DNA from: Nemertoderma westbladi
Lineage: Eukaryota > Animalia > Xenacoelomorpha
Direction of reading: 5' to 3'
Length of the DNA stretch: 64,000 bases
Assembly (NCBI GenBank): GCA_032718475.1
Contig: JAUCBJ010007967.1
Location: 1-64,000, forward strand
Below, piece after piece: positions 27,403-40,054 of this stretch (positions are counted from its first letter, which is position 1; every line of letters starts with the position of its first letter). Made by a program: the position numbers and the translations under genes. The notes below the pieces were generated by a model. The model did not search any database, was not told the DNA's origin, and saw only the letters and a list, made by a program, of their open reading frames with translations.

Positions 27403-27994
27403 CATCCACCTTGGATCTGTCCAACAACCAACTTGGATCCGTACAACATCCAACTTGGATCCGTCCAACATCCAACTTGGATCCGTCCAACAACTTGGAT
27501 CCGAACCAACAACTCGGATCCGTCCAACAACTCGGATCCGTCCAACAACTTGGATCCCTCCAACATCAAATTCGGATCCGTCCAACATCCAACTTGGATC
27601 AGTCAAACATCCAACTCGGATCCGTCCAACAACTTGGATCCGCCCAACAACTTGGATCCGCCAAACAACTTGGTTCCAACATCTTGGACCCGTCCAACAA
27701 CTTGGAACCGTCCAACAACTTGGATCCATCCAACAACTTGGATCCGTCCAACAACTTAGATCCGTCCAACAACTTGGATACGTCCAACAACTTGGATCCG
27801 TCCAACAACTTGGATCCGTCCAACAACTTGTATCCCTCCATCATCCAATTTGGATCCGTCCAACATTCAACTTGGATCCGTCCAACATCCACCTTGGATC
27901 TGTCCAACAACTCGGATCCGTCCAACAATTTGGATCCCTCCAACATCAAATTCGGATCCGTCCAACATCCAACTTGGATCCGTCCAACAACTTG
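27403..27994. repeat. 18/22-bp satellite, array 3
   Basis: Same units; ends directly at the TGT of the LTR. Confidence 0.97.
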
Positions 27995-28728
27995 TGTAAA
28001 AGCTTCTGTGGGATATAACTGGCCCTTTTGCTTTGCAATCCAGTTTCCCCCCAGGCGCTGGAATACTCTAAAAAGCTCTCTAACTCGAATGATGTAAAGC
28101 GACCGGCTGATTGGCTGATTTGCTGTACGAGGGGCTTTTTGCTATGTTCTATCGGCCAACCAGAGCTATAGCAGCAGAGTATGCAACCAGGACAACCGAG
28201 CGGAGTGACTCATTTTGTGTGCTGGCCAAGGGATGCAAAAATCCTGATAGTTCGGCATTTAGATATTCGTGGAACTTGTGGAATCTGGTGTTCTGCCAAT
28301 GAGAGCTATTCCTCTCTGTGTAAAAAGATACCTGCAACGGTGTTAGGGACAGTAGTAGCTGTTTTTTCTTGATACTGTTGTGTTGTTGGTATCTAGGCCA
28401 GGAACACCGGCTCTAGAATCAATTCGTTTTCATACTTTAGAAGAAACATTAGTAGGCTTAAGATTATAGAGCGTATAACTGTTATCTTGTCACATCTTGT
28501 CATATCATATCTTAACCTACCGTCTTAATGCTGTTTACTGTTGTGTTTTGGTTGAATATTATTTGGAGAACATTTATAAAGAACCCAAATTTCCCAATTT
28601 TCTTGATACACTACAGGTTAGAGAGACGGGTTATATATAGCGATTGCGACTTATATTATTGTGTATGTAGTGAATTTAATGCTATTTGATAAGCACTACA
28701 TTGGTCCGTTGCTGTTCTCTCTATATAT
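27995..28728 (+). mobile_element. 5' LTR of BEL copy B (only the part shared with the second LTR; true 3' end not determined)
   Basis: Starts TGTAAAAGCTTCTGTGGGAT and matches 38233-39020. Contains CCAAT and TATA-like motifs. Confidence 0.8.
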
Positions 28729-29570
28729 GATAAAATTCATTGACGGTCGGCAAATTAGTGAGCAGTATTGTGTGTTACCGGTAGTGTGCATGATTGTGAC
28801 TGATAACTAAGCATTTCCTAAAGAATGCGCCTCATACGTGAATCATAAGCCTTACCGACTTACCGTTGTGATTAGTATAAGTCATATCTCTGTTTACTTA
28901 GATAGAGCGCCACGTCCTAAAGGAACTGTTAATATTTCCCGAAAGTGAATAATATTAGTCAGAAATTATTTATTAACGATCAATCGAATAATACAGTAGG
29001 CTTCACTGCAATAATAATCTAAGCCCTCAGAATCCAGTCTCCCGGGAATATCCAGCGGGTGAATGGACGCGCACTAGGCTGGCTTCTGCTAATGTTGTGT
29101 TTATTGGTATTAAATATTTGTCATCTTCTAAAGTATATTTATAAACCAAAAGACATATAAATTTTGGCAGGTTAAACTGCTAAAGGTCTTCAAAAGCGCG
29201 TACAATAACAGTTATTGTCTTTATTGCAGTAAGCAATAAAGTTGAAAGTACCGGTCAACCGGTAAACCTGAACCGGTACTTCTGTAGGTCAGTAGGCCCA
29301 ACTGCCAGAACCGGTACTGCTGTAGGTCCGTAGGTCCAACTGCCAGAACCAGTACTTCTGTAGGTCCGTAGGCCTAACTGTCCTAACCGGTACTTCCAGT
29401 ATAAGTACATTAGTATTATTCGATTTTGATTATTGTATACCGGTAGGTCTTAGTATTTAATCAGGGACTGCAGCCCTGGTTCTTTATTGAGACTTTACTT
29501 ATTTCTGTCAGTTTTATTTCCTAGTAAGTTAATATTGAGCTGAAGACGTGTAAGTCTGCTCAGATTGTAC

Positions 29571-30142
29571 AGATAATTGTAGGCCGGACTGTTGTCGGAT
29601 TGTTGTTGGGTTTGGAGAGATTACGGCGTGTGTAGAGTTTGTCCGATAGAGTGCCGTTAGTAAGTTGGAGCAGCCATAGCTGTAAGGTCAATCCCCTCTT
29701 AAAGAATAAGTCGTACTACCGTGTTAGAACGCATACTAACTAACCGTTTTGGAATCTGCACATACTGTAGTTTATTTAGGCTTGACAGTATTCTGCCAGC
29801 GTTTTGGCCTGTGTTTGTTTGTGTGGTCTGTTCAGGTACCGTAATAGTTATTACTCAGATATTTGTAGGCTGGATTGTTGTCTAGCTATTATTAGGTCTG
29901 AAGAGATTGCTGCGTGTGTAGAGTTTGTCTGATAAAGTGCCGTTAGTAAGTTGGGGCAGCCATAGCTGTAAGGTCAATCCCCTCTTAAAGAATAAGTCGT
30001 ACTACCGTGTTAGAACGCATACTAACTAACAATTTCAGAATCTACACGTACGGTAGTTTATTTAGGCTTGGAGGTAGTCTGCCAGCGTTTTGGTTTGTAT
30101 TTGTTTGAGTATTCTGTACGGGTAGCGTAATATTTATTATTC
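29571..30142 (+). repeat. 286-bp tandem duplication in the long 5' leader of BEL copy B
   Basis: GCGTGTGTAGAGTTTGTC...GCATACTAACTAAC starts at 29626 and at 29912. Confidence 0.85.
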
Positions 30143-31462
30143 AGAGTTTATGCGATTATTCGCAACATTCATGTCCCCAAGTTTATTCCTACAGTAATTG
30201 TGCTTGTTATACATACCGTTATAGTTAAATTAACCCGGTACTACATGGGCTGCTTGGCGTAGGACAAGACTGGTGACTTTGTGCTCTGGTCACTCCAGCA
30301 GATGCCGTGGTTCTTTTAACTGTTCAAGTATATTTAACTACTGATTATTTGTTGTACCAGTACTTGTACCTAATTTAGGGTTTAGTGTACAGTGCTTTCC
30401 GAAAGTAATTAGTGTGTAGGCAGTATATTTGTGTTGTAAAGTGGTTAATAGGCACGCTGGATCTGGTAGTCCGCGGTAATTAACTTCTAGGTAGGAACAC
30501 TCCGTGATACTTAACGTAGTACCTATAGCGATACGGCTATAGGTCGTCAGGCGGTGGTATTTTCCTATCTGGACAGTGCAATATATTTACTACTACTTAT
30601 TATTTTCAAATACCGTAGTACCCTGTCTGTTGTAATAACCAGAATTCTAACCCTTTGTTAGACTGGTTTGTAGACTTCCTGTAAAATTACCCTAAAATTT
30701 CGTACGTAATAATATTTTTGTTGTGTTTTAATTAGAGATTTAATCTCACCCGTATCGTAAGTAATTTGTAGTATTAAGTAACTTAGGTAAATTAGAATTA
30801 TCAGTTTTTAGTGTCCAATAAATAGCACTTCACTGGGAGCGCACAGCTTCTGTGTAGTGACTTCCCCCAGAAATAATAACATTTATTTCAAATATTGACA
30901 AAACCCATTTCAAACAGGTATATATCTATTATAAATCAACTCAAACGGTTTATAAATAGTAAGCCTGCCATACAACAACTAGGTCTCAATATCAGTTGGA
31001 CTACTGCTTAAATAACGGTAACAAAGTAAGTTAAAGTAACCAAGTAACCCTAAAATATTCAGAAATTCAATTATTCTAAAATAATTGACATACCGGTATT
31101 TACCATAGGCTTATTATATTTATTTCTATAAATTTGAGCTGAAATCATACCGGTATTCTGTAATTAATTCTAGTCCAGAATTATACTTATATACTATAAG
31201 TGTAAGCTGCATACCGGTACGATAGGCCTATTATATATTTATATATATTTGTGCCAAAATTATATACCTGTATTCTGTGACAAAACTAGTTTACAATACT
31301 TATATATACTATAAGCATACCGGTATTCTAATATATTATATATATATCACGCTACACTGAGTAGCAGTATCGGTAATTAATTATTAGGCCAACGGTGATA
31401 CTGAATTACTAGACTTGCTTTAACTGTAATATAGCAGTAGGCATTCAACTGTACAATCAAAC

Positions 31463-34400
31463 ATGGCTGACACAAGGCAAACTCTGTCAGATAGTCTCCT
31501 AGAAACAACAGCCTGTTTCTCAGATCAAAGTATAGAGAATCCCAGACCGAGGTCTGAAACCCCTCATACTGTAAGAAGGGCAACCCCTGCAGTGGTTGTG
31601 TCAGAACCTAGGTTGGTAGAAGCGATTTCGCAATTTGCGAAGTTAGTGAAGCGCCGTTGGTCTGCCATAGGCACTCGGGCCCAAGTCAAGCGGGATCAAG
31701 AAGAAGCTATAAAACAGCAGCAACCTCCTAGCCAAGAACCTAGTTCTCAGCGGCCCGATAGCTCCAGTAGTTCGGATACTGTTGAGCGGACGCCCGAACG
31801 CGGAGCGAAGATGGCGGATACGGTTTATGATGAGCGGCCAACCTATGAAGAATCAACCGACGCCACTTCTTCTCAAGTGGAAAGCGAGGTGGAAAGCGAG
31901 GTGGAAAGCGAAGTGGAAAGCGAATTAACAGCAGCAGAGAGACCACGAACAAGAGACGCCATCGACATTTATCTGTCCGACTATCAGCGATTCCTAGGAG
32001 ACGAAGAGTTGAGGAGACGGTCCAGCTGGACTTTCCCCTAATAGTGAAAGAACCCAGCGTGTGTTGGACTCAATTGATGCTGAAATGTTAGCTGCTAACC
32101 AAGCTGAATTTGATGAAAAACTTCGCCTCGCTAGAGTCCAAGAAGAACAAGTAAAGAAAAGACGGATAGAGGAACAAAGGGCGGCGGCCATGGCAGAAGC
32201 AGAAGCGGAAAGAAAGGCAGCGGCGGCAGAAGCAAAGGCGGAAATGGCAGAAGCAGAAGCGGAAAGAAAGGCAGCGGCGGCAGAAGCAAAGGCGGAAAAG
32301 GCAGTGGCAGAAGCAGAACGGAGAGCGTCTGAGCAGACTACCCAACTGGAGTTGGAAAATCTGCAAGAGACGCAAGACAACATAAATAAACAGTTAACTG
32401 CTAGTCAAATGCAGATGATGAGACGATCTACTCCCAAACGCCAGGGATACACATCATCGGAGGAAAGCGAAACCACCGATCCTGAAGGCGGAGGAAATAG
32501 ATCTCGTCTAAGCAGGCGTAGAAAAACATCTCACCGTCACAAATTGCCTGATTTGCCCCCAGCTGTTAGAAGACAGCTAGCTAGCACAGACTTAGGTAGT
32601 ACGGAACCCACAGACCAAACTATTCAGGTCAAAAGACTCCCTACAATAGTTGATGAGCCTGAAATAATTAAGCCTGTCGTTCCCAAAGTCACTCCTGTGT
32701 TAGAGACCCCTGTACTTCCAGAGCTTAACTCTAAATTCCCTTTACATAGTACTACACTGCCTGTACCCGGTAGAACAGTCCATGAGAATATCCCTGTCCT
32801 GATAGCAGAGAGAGAAATCAAAGATTTGTCTCCCGTCGTCCCACGTCAGCCCGCTACAATGTTGGCGACTCCCGCTTCGGCGGTCGAGTGGGTAGAAGAG
32901 GGACGGCGGGGGATGAATCTCCTGCTCGGACAGATGCAGGAGACTGTCCACCAGCTTAAGGGAACAGTAAGGGAAGGTAGGGCAGAATTGCAAGAAGTGC
33001 AGCAAAGTATCGCACTGGAACGCGACAAATTAGACAATATACAAAAGGGCATACCAATACCCCCTGTAACATTGTGTCAACCTGTTAGGTCTGAAGTATT
33101 ACATGCGCAAGGTGTGGAGCCTACACGCATCTATACTGCTAGTGAAGTAGAAACTCCTATAGCAAACCCTATTAAGGGTGATTATCGACCTGTTATTAAT
33201 GATATCCCTTAAAGACCTGACAATGATCCGAGAAATTTATATACCGATAATTCGATATTAAATAACACGATGGCCCAAGAAAGCTTTACGCGTCAGATGG
33301 CTAGAACAGAAGCCCGCCAAGCGGTCAAAGTGGGAGAGATCGTCAAATTCAATGGAGATGAGATGAAATGGTTACCTTTCAACGAATATTACAAAGATAG
33401 CATACAAAACTCTGTACTATCTAACGGAGAGAAACTTAGGTTCCTCATCAAGTGCTTGGAAGGACCTCCCAGGTTAATGGCGTTAAAGTTTATTGGACAT
33501 CCAGAAGGATTAAGACAAGTATGGGATACATTAAACATCAGGTATGGTAACAAGGATAACATAGCTAAGTATTTGTATGCAAAATTAGTAGCCCCCCGAC
33601 ACTTCCTTAGTAGCGGGATTATAGAGTTTTCCGATGAGATTCAGGAAATCTGTAGACAATTGGACTGGTTAGGTAAGTCTCATGAATATCAGAGTTCCAT
33701 GGTTATTGGAGCAATAGTCTCTACTTTACCAAAGGGTGGAGTATGTACACGCTGGGACAAGAAAGTGTTGTACATGACTGAACAACAACGACGAAGCCCT
33801 ACCATGGCTGATCTCATGTCCTTCTTAGATAGTGAAGTAAAATTACAACTCATAAAGCAGTCCAGAGAGAAAACATCGGAAAATAAGGTAAGTGAGAAAC
33901 CCGTTTCTAGGAGAAGGGTAACACCAGTGTGTTACACTGACGACGGCGAAAGCCAAGCTTCTCAAGAAGAGGACAGCGGGAAAGACACAGCAAAATCTTA
34001 CTATGACAACAAGACCTATAAAGACGTAAGTAAATATAAGTCTCGAACCAGTGACAGGAGAGAACAGGTTGCTAAGACTCCTCCTCAGTCTCCTAACAGA
34101 ATGCACGGAAGAAAGCCCGAAGTAAGAACGAGAGTGCATCACGTTACCCAAGGGAAAGTGAGTAACATCAAACCAAACTGTGCGCTGTGCGACGGGCCCC
34201 ACCGTTTGAGTGCGTGTGCTGAATTTCTAAAGAAATCCCTTGTAGACAGACGTACAGTCCTGTGGGACAAGCGGTTATGCTATAATTGCCTCAGACCAGG
34301 ACACCAACGGCGAACCTGTTACTCCGACATAAAGTGTGCAAAGTGTGGCGCGAAACATCACATCTTGTTACACAGTGAGTTCGAACGAGACAAACTGAGT

Positions 34401-35612
34401 CAGGTAATTGAGCCCGAACTACATGTCCAATTCAGTGATGTAAACGACACTGATCAAGAATCTGAGATGGAAGGATTCTATACTGACGAATTCTCCGACG
34501 CCAATGAATCCTGTTATCTAATCAATACCGCAGTGTATCGAGCACTTACTTATGAAAAGGACACCAACAATGAGTTTCCCCCAACTACTTTTGCCAAACA
34601 ACCATCTTGGAAAGCTCCAACTTCCAACGTAGGAATCAGAGAATTTCCTGTAGTGCAGGTAAGAGTTCACGGTCTTAACAAAAGTTACATAGTGAACGCC
34701 CTCCTTGACTCCGGCAGCACAGGAACATTCATCGATCAAGAACTAGCCGAAGATATCTTTGCTGGACAACCCAAGTTCCGGACTAAATTGAATATGTCAG
34801 GAATTATGCAGGTTTGGAAATCTACCCTAACGGCAGACTACTATGTAGGTGTGTTGTCCACCCCCCAGGATAAATTAGGAGCACAAGGTATAAGGTCGGT
34901 AAAAATGGTGGCTATAAAGAACTTCGCTACTACCCAAGCAGACCTTTATAATTGGGACGAGGATAAGAGCATCCAACATCTTAAGATACCTCGATTCCAG
35001 ACAGATTATCCTGGAGTGCAAATACTCATCGGCCAAAACGCGCATGAGGCGCTCGAGACATTGGAGAAACGGCCTGCTCAACCGCAGCCACTACAAACCT
35101 ATGCGGTAAGAACTAGAGTAGGTTGGTACTTCACTGGCCCTTCCCGTAGAACTCTCAAAGAGAGATTACCTCAACAACAAGTATACCAAGTAAAGGAATG
35201 GGAAGTGGAGAGCAGTGATGTGGACGATCCAACTGAGGGAACACCATACTCCTCAGATAATGACGATATTAACTCCAATGTAGATCAATGGAGACATTGC
35301 CTTGGGACGATTAATCCAGCCGACATCGCTTCCAGAGGAGCAACTCTTCAAGAACTGATAGATACTCCAGGCTGGTTAGGTGGATCCGACTCCTTAAGTA
35401 AAGAAGAAGAAGAATGGCCTCCTCATCTTACCACGGCAGAAATTAGACAGGCCAAGGGAGCGGAGAAAGTAACACAACAACTCAATCGCCCAGCTAGTCG
35501 TTTATGTTTACTGGAAAGAGACCGAAAACTGTCCGGAAACTATGGAAGGCAAGATACTCTTCCTACGACCACTTCCCTAATCCGACAAATATCTAGGGAC
35601 TCCATAACGTAA
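31463..35612 (+). pseudogene. BEL copy B gag-protease with RT, most of RNase H and integrase deleted
   Basis: ATG at 31463, frameshift near 32035, TAA ending at 33212 (TAC in copy A). DUF1759-like region, three knuckles, ALLDSGS. Jumps to WRHCLG..NPADIASRG near 35275 and then to the pol C-terminus near 35472. Confidence 0.9.
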
Positions 35613-37241
35613 TAACATATGGAGTGGGCGTGTGACTATATCATTTTATATTTGTTTTTATTTTATATTTATGTATGTATTATTATGTAATTTTATTATA
35701 ATCGTTTTCTTTAATTTTATTTAGTAGAATGTTATTTTAGTGATTATTTAGTAGATTAGTGCAATATATTAGTGTTTATTACGTACGTAATTATTTATAA
35801 TATATATTTAGTGCGACGGCGAGAAATAATTATTTTTTCTCTTTCCTTACTGTCCGTATCATATTATAAATACGTGACTATAGTAAGATGAAATGTCCGT
35901 ACTTATTAAAGTACAATAAAGCTCCTACTATACTTAAGTATTATTGGTAGGCAGAGTATTAGGAATGCAAAGTTCAGATCCTCGTGTCTCGGCTAAACCA
36001 AGCTCTGGGTAGACCTTGGAAACGACTTGCCTCTTCACACTGACATTGCTTCGTGCGATATTGCTCTTCTACCTTATATTAAATAATACATATAGTAGCG
36101 TGATGTCCCTATAACAGTAGCGTAAAACGCAAATAAATCTGTTAAACCTTTTGACCATCTGTAATTCTAGTCGATTAAAATATCGCGGCACCCACCGATA
36201 TACTTGAAAGACAAATTCTAGAATCAGTGGTTAACGTCCCCAGACAAGTTCTGGAATAAATCGGTGCCCATCTTAAATATTAATTTAATATTTATTAAAA
36301 TCTGTAAAATTCTGATCCTTTAAAATTTCTAGTCAATTAAGATATCGCAGCATTTACCGATACTCTTAAAAGACAATTTTATAGAATTAAGGATCCTATG
36401 TCCCCAGACATGCTCTGGAATAAAATTGTGTCAATTTTACCATCAAATAATAAAATTCACGGGAATAAATTTAAATTCATATCTTAAATGAATTTCATAA
36501 ATTGTCATTTTGTGCAATTTATAACATTCCCAAAATTCCATTAATTAATAGATCATGGGAGCGGAGATTCATCCTATTGAGTGTATTAGAGTGCGAGAAT
36601 CTCCAACATATAGTCAATAGCCGATAAAAATAATAAAATCATGCATAAAGAGAATATTGACAATTAAAGAATTATTATTAAATAGCATCCCAGATCTGTA
36701 TGCATGAGAATTACCCTAATTCTACCGCTAGCATTCCATAATGTCACCATAGCAACACCCACGCTAGAATTAGAAGCAAGTTAAAAGAACAATAGAAAGC
36801 TTGTCCCATTGCATAGCATAGAGAATACATAGCACACTGTTAGTATCCAAAGATACACAGTAATAACGTGACATTCTGGAAGGCACTGACTAACGGACAA
36901 ATGGCCTGTATGTGTACAATTGGTGACAGTTGTGTGGAATTTGTGCGTTTATAGGTGAATGTTACTGCTAAGGTGTGTTTACAGTAGCTAGTCGCAATTG
37001 TGAAAGTAGCCCAACTCTCCTATAGAAAGAACCTAAAGTGGATTCAAGCCTTTGGGACGGACAGTGGAGTGACTTGTGCCGGTTATCGTTGTTGTGCTGT
37101 TGCTACATGTTGGCGTAAACACCGCGACGACGGTACATCGGCGCTGAGAATCCCACTGTCCGGGGGCAAAGAGAAGTAGGCAGCGACGCCCGCTCGCCTA
37201 AATATAAACTTATTTGATATTAATAAACTCAGATAGCAGAT

Positions 37242-38237
37242 ATGACGGAGTTGATAGAAGATGATCTTGGTATTAGGGAGCGATATACTCTACCTTTACA
37301 AGCATTTGTGGATAGCTTAATACGCGGTGAAGCCGATCCAACCATTACGGAGGAAGATGGTTGTTATATCGAACCGCCGATGTCCCAAGAGCAACTTGCG
37401 CGTGAATTGGACTATCGAAAATTCACCACTCGCTATACGAATCGTAACAGTACGTATATGGACTTCCTAACTACCGGCCATCCTATCGATTTACATGATA
37501 CGGACGATGTATACACCGAAAGGGAAATGGTTCTATTTAAATATCATACCCAGCGGAGTCGTAACGATAAACCGAGAATAGATCACGAAAATTCTATTCG
37601 TAACCGACTGGGAAGACGAACCAATATGCCTAGAATCTGAGGAGATTCAGCCTATCGCGCCCGGAACAGCGACAACGATTACATCCTAGAATGGTATCAA
37701 GGTCCACAGTGTCTCACTGCGTACGATTATCGACATGCCAACTATGTTTCTAGGCAACGTTGTCGGTTATGCGCATCGAGAGACCACGATACGCCCATGG
37801 ACACCGACGTCCGCTGTTCCTATTTCCAAGAACAACCGACTATGGAAATTTATTGCGCATATTGCAGACTCAATAACTTGCATATTTTTGCGGTTTGCCC
37901 TCAATATATGACTCAATGTCACCATTGTCAACTAAAGGGACATGCCAGTTTCGATTGCCCTTTTAATCACGATTTGGAAAGCGTAGATGAAATGATCACA
38001 CTACGTTACATCAGAGCTTGGGAAGCGAACGCTGATTTACACTGTGATTCGCGCCATCGCTATTATCCCGGACGCGCTTACGAAGGAGTTTATGCGTTCC
38101 ATCCTTATCTATTCGCTTCGGTTGAACAGAAATCACGCATATCAAGTTACGAGCTACTGAAGCGCGTCGGAGAATGTATTTCAACCAAATTCGTACGCAA
38201 ATTTCTCAGGAGTGTTAATCCTAGCGACCTTCTGTAA
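37242..38237 (+). pseudogene. Extra ORF in the 3' region of BEL copy B encoding a zinc-knuckle protein, with one in-frame TGA at 37638
   Basis: 37242-37640 and 37797-38237 are in one frame, which stays open between them. Motifs CRLCASRDH-x9-C, CAYCRLNNLHIFAVC, CHHCQLKGHASFDC. Confidence 0.7.
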
Positions 38238-39020
38238 AAGCTTCTGTGGGATCTAGCTGGCCCTTTTGCTTTGCGGTCCGAGTTCCCCCCAGGCGCTGGA
38301 ATACTCTAAAAAGGCTTTCTAACTATATATATATTCCCCTCGCCCGCAAGGTACCGTAATAGGTGTTTTAACGGACATAAAAGTCATTCTTCTAGATTTG
38401 TACTTTAGAGGACATAATCCGCAATCTCGTGACGCGATAAGCTGGGTACTCTTGAAAACAGTGTCGCTACCATGACGACGGCTAACAGCTGATATTGCCA
38501 CGTCGACATTTCTTTGTTTCTTTGTTCTCTCGTGGTTCGGTTGACCAATCAGAGCGATTTTTTCTGTAGATGTGGAGCTTTGGGCAGATCATGCTAGAGC
38601 GTTCAGTCTTACTGTTTTTTATGATACTGTTGTTTTTGTTGGTATCTAGGCCAGGAACAACGGCTCTAGAGTTAACTTGTTTCATACTTTTAGAAGAAAC
38701 ATTAGTAGGCTTAAGATTATAGAGCGTATAACTGTTATCATATCAACTCACATATCAACTCAATCAGTGCATATCTTGTCATATCTTGTCATATCATATC
38801 TTAACCTACCGTCTTAATGCTATTTACTGTTGTGTTTTGGTTGAATATTATTTGGAGAACATATATAAAGAACCCAAATTTCCCAATTTTCTTGATACAC
38901 TACAGGTTAGAGAGAGACGGGTTATATATGGCAATTGCGACTTATATTGTTGTGGTTTGTAGTGAATTTAATGCTATTTGATAAGCACTACATTGGTCCG
39001 TTGCTGTTCTCTCTATATAT
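38233..39020 (+). mobile_element. Second LTR of the same BEL family, truncated on the right by the 680-bp tandem repeat
   Basis: TGTAAAAGCTTCTGTGGGAT start. Matches 27995-28728 except for a diverged middle section. Confidence 0.82.
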
Positions 39021-39374
39021 TTATACGATGTTGACAACTACGACTTTAGAGGGATTGTAATATTCATATTAAAACAATAAAATAGGACATGGGGTCTATT
39101 CCCTCAGATACTACCTAGCATTTAGGGCCACTTGGGCCACTGTTAGTACTCAGGCACTAGGCCCATCAAAAAACACACAACAAAATACCAAATCGATTTT
39201 AGTGCTACATAAACCCAACCCAACTACCACAAGAAAAATTGCACCAAACCATACAGTAACTACAGGTTCCGGTAAGTATTGCACGAAATAGGCTATCCCA
39301 TAAATTACGAAAAATATAGGACATTTTGTCCGCCGAAAAAGGTAAGTCTAAGTAATAAATTTTATAAAAATAAA

Positions 39375-39446
39375 AGGGTTTCGGAGATTTAAACACTGAA
39401 CCCTGGGATTCGTGGTTCTCCTCATCAGCAGTGTGCCACGAACCCC
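39375..39446 (-). ncRNA. Hammerhead ribozyme, non-circularly permuted strand order (copy 1)
   Basis: Minus strand reads GGGGUUCGUGG-C-ACACUG-CUGAUGA-GGAGA-A-CCACGAAUCCC-AGGGU-U-CAGUGU-UUAAA-UCUCC-GAA-ACCCU. All core nucleotides and stems I (6 bp), II (5 bp) and III (5 bp) are present. Confidence 0.8.
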
Positions 39447-40054
39447 ACCTCTACCCTAACAAAACTGCACCACTAAATTAAGATAATGACCAATAAATTA
39501 GAAATCCTACCGTACCACCCAACAGAGTTGAAACCACCCACCCCCAAATGTATGTTACCATCAGCCCCAAATGCATAAACATGATTTCCCAACTGAATGC
39601 AACCAACCCCAATTAGCACCTACCGGTATGTACAGATATATGATCAGATTTTTTAAACAAAATTGCGCAGATGTCAGGAAATACCCCTTTAAATATATAA
39701 TTATACGATGTTGACAACTACGACTTTAGAGGGATTGTAATATTCATATTAAAACAATAAAATAGGACATGGGGTCTATTCCCTCAGATACTACCTAGCA
39801 TTTAGGGCCACTTGGGCCACTGTTAGTACTCAGGCACTAGGCCCATCAAAAAACACACAACAAAATACCAAATCGATTTTAGTGCTACATAAACCCAACC
39901 CAACTACCACAAGAAAAATTGCACCAAACCATACAGTAACTACAGGTTCCGGTAAGTATTGCACGAAATAGGCTATCCCATAAATTACGAAAAATATAGG
40001 ACATTTTGTCCGCCGAAAAAGGTAAGTCTAAGTAATAAATTTTATAAAAATAAA

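Noticed and set aside
14002-28097. Many long ORFs in all six frames (LDPSNN, WIRPTT, GSVQQL repeats)
   Set aside because: By-product of a stop-poor satellite; frames swap at every 22-bp unit and there is no unique coding flank.
28729-29300. Primer-binding site and exact 3' end of the 5' LTR
   Set aside because: No convincing CA-then-TGG tRNA-complementary sequence recognised, so the boundary is left uncalled.
37242-38237. env gene
   Set aside because: No signal peptide, transmembrane helix or fusion-protein pattern; Cys/His spacing is knuckle-like.
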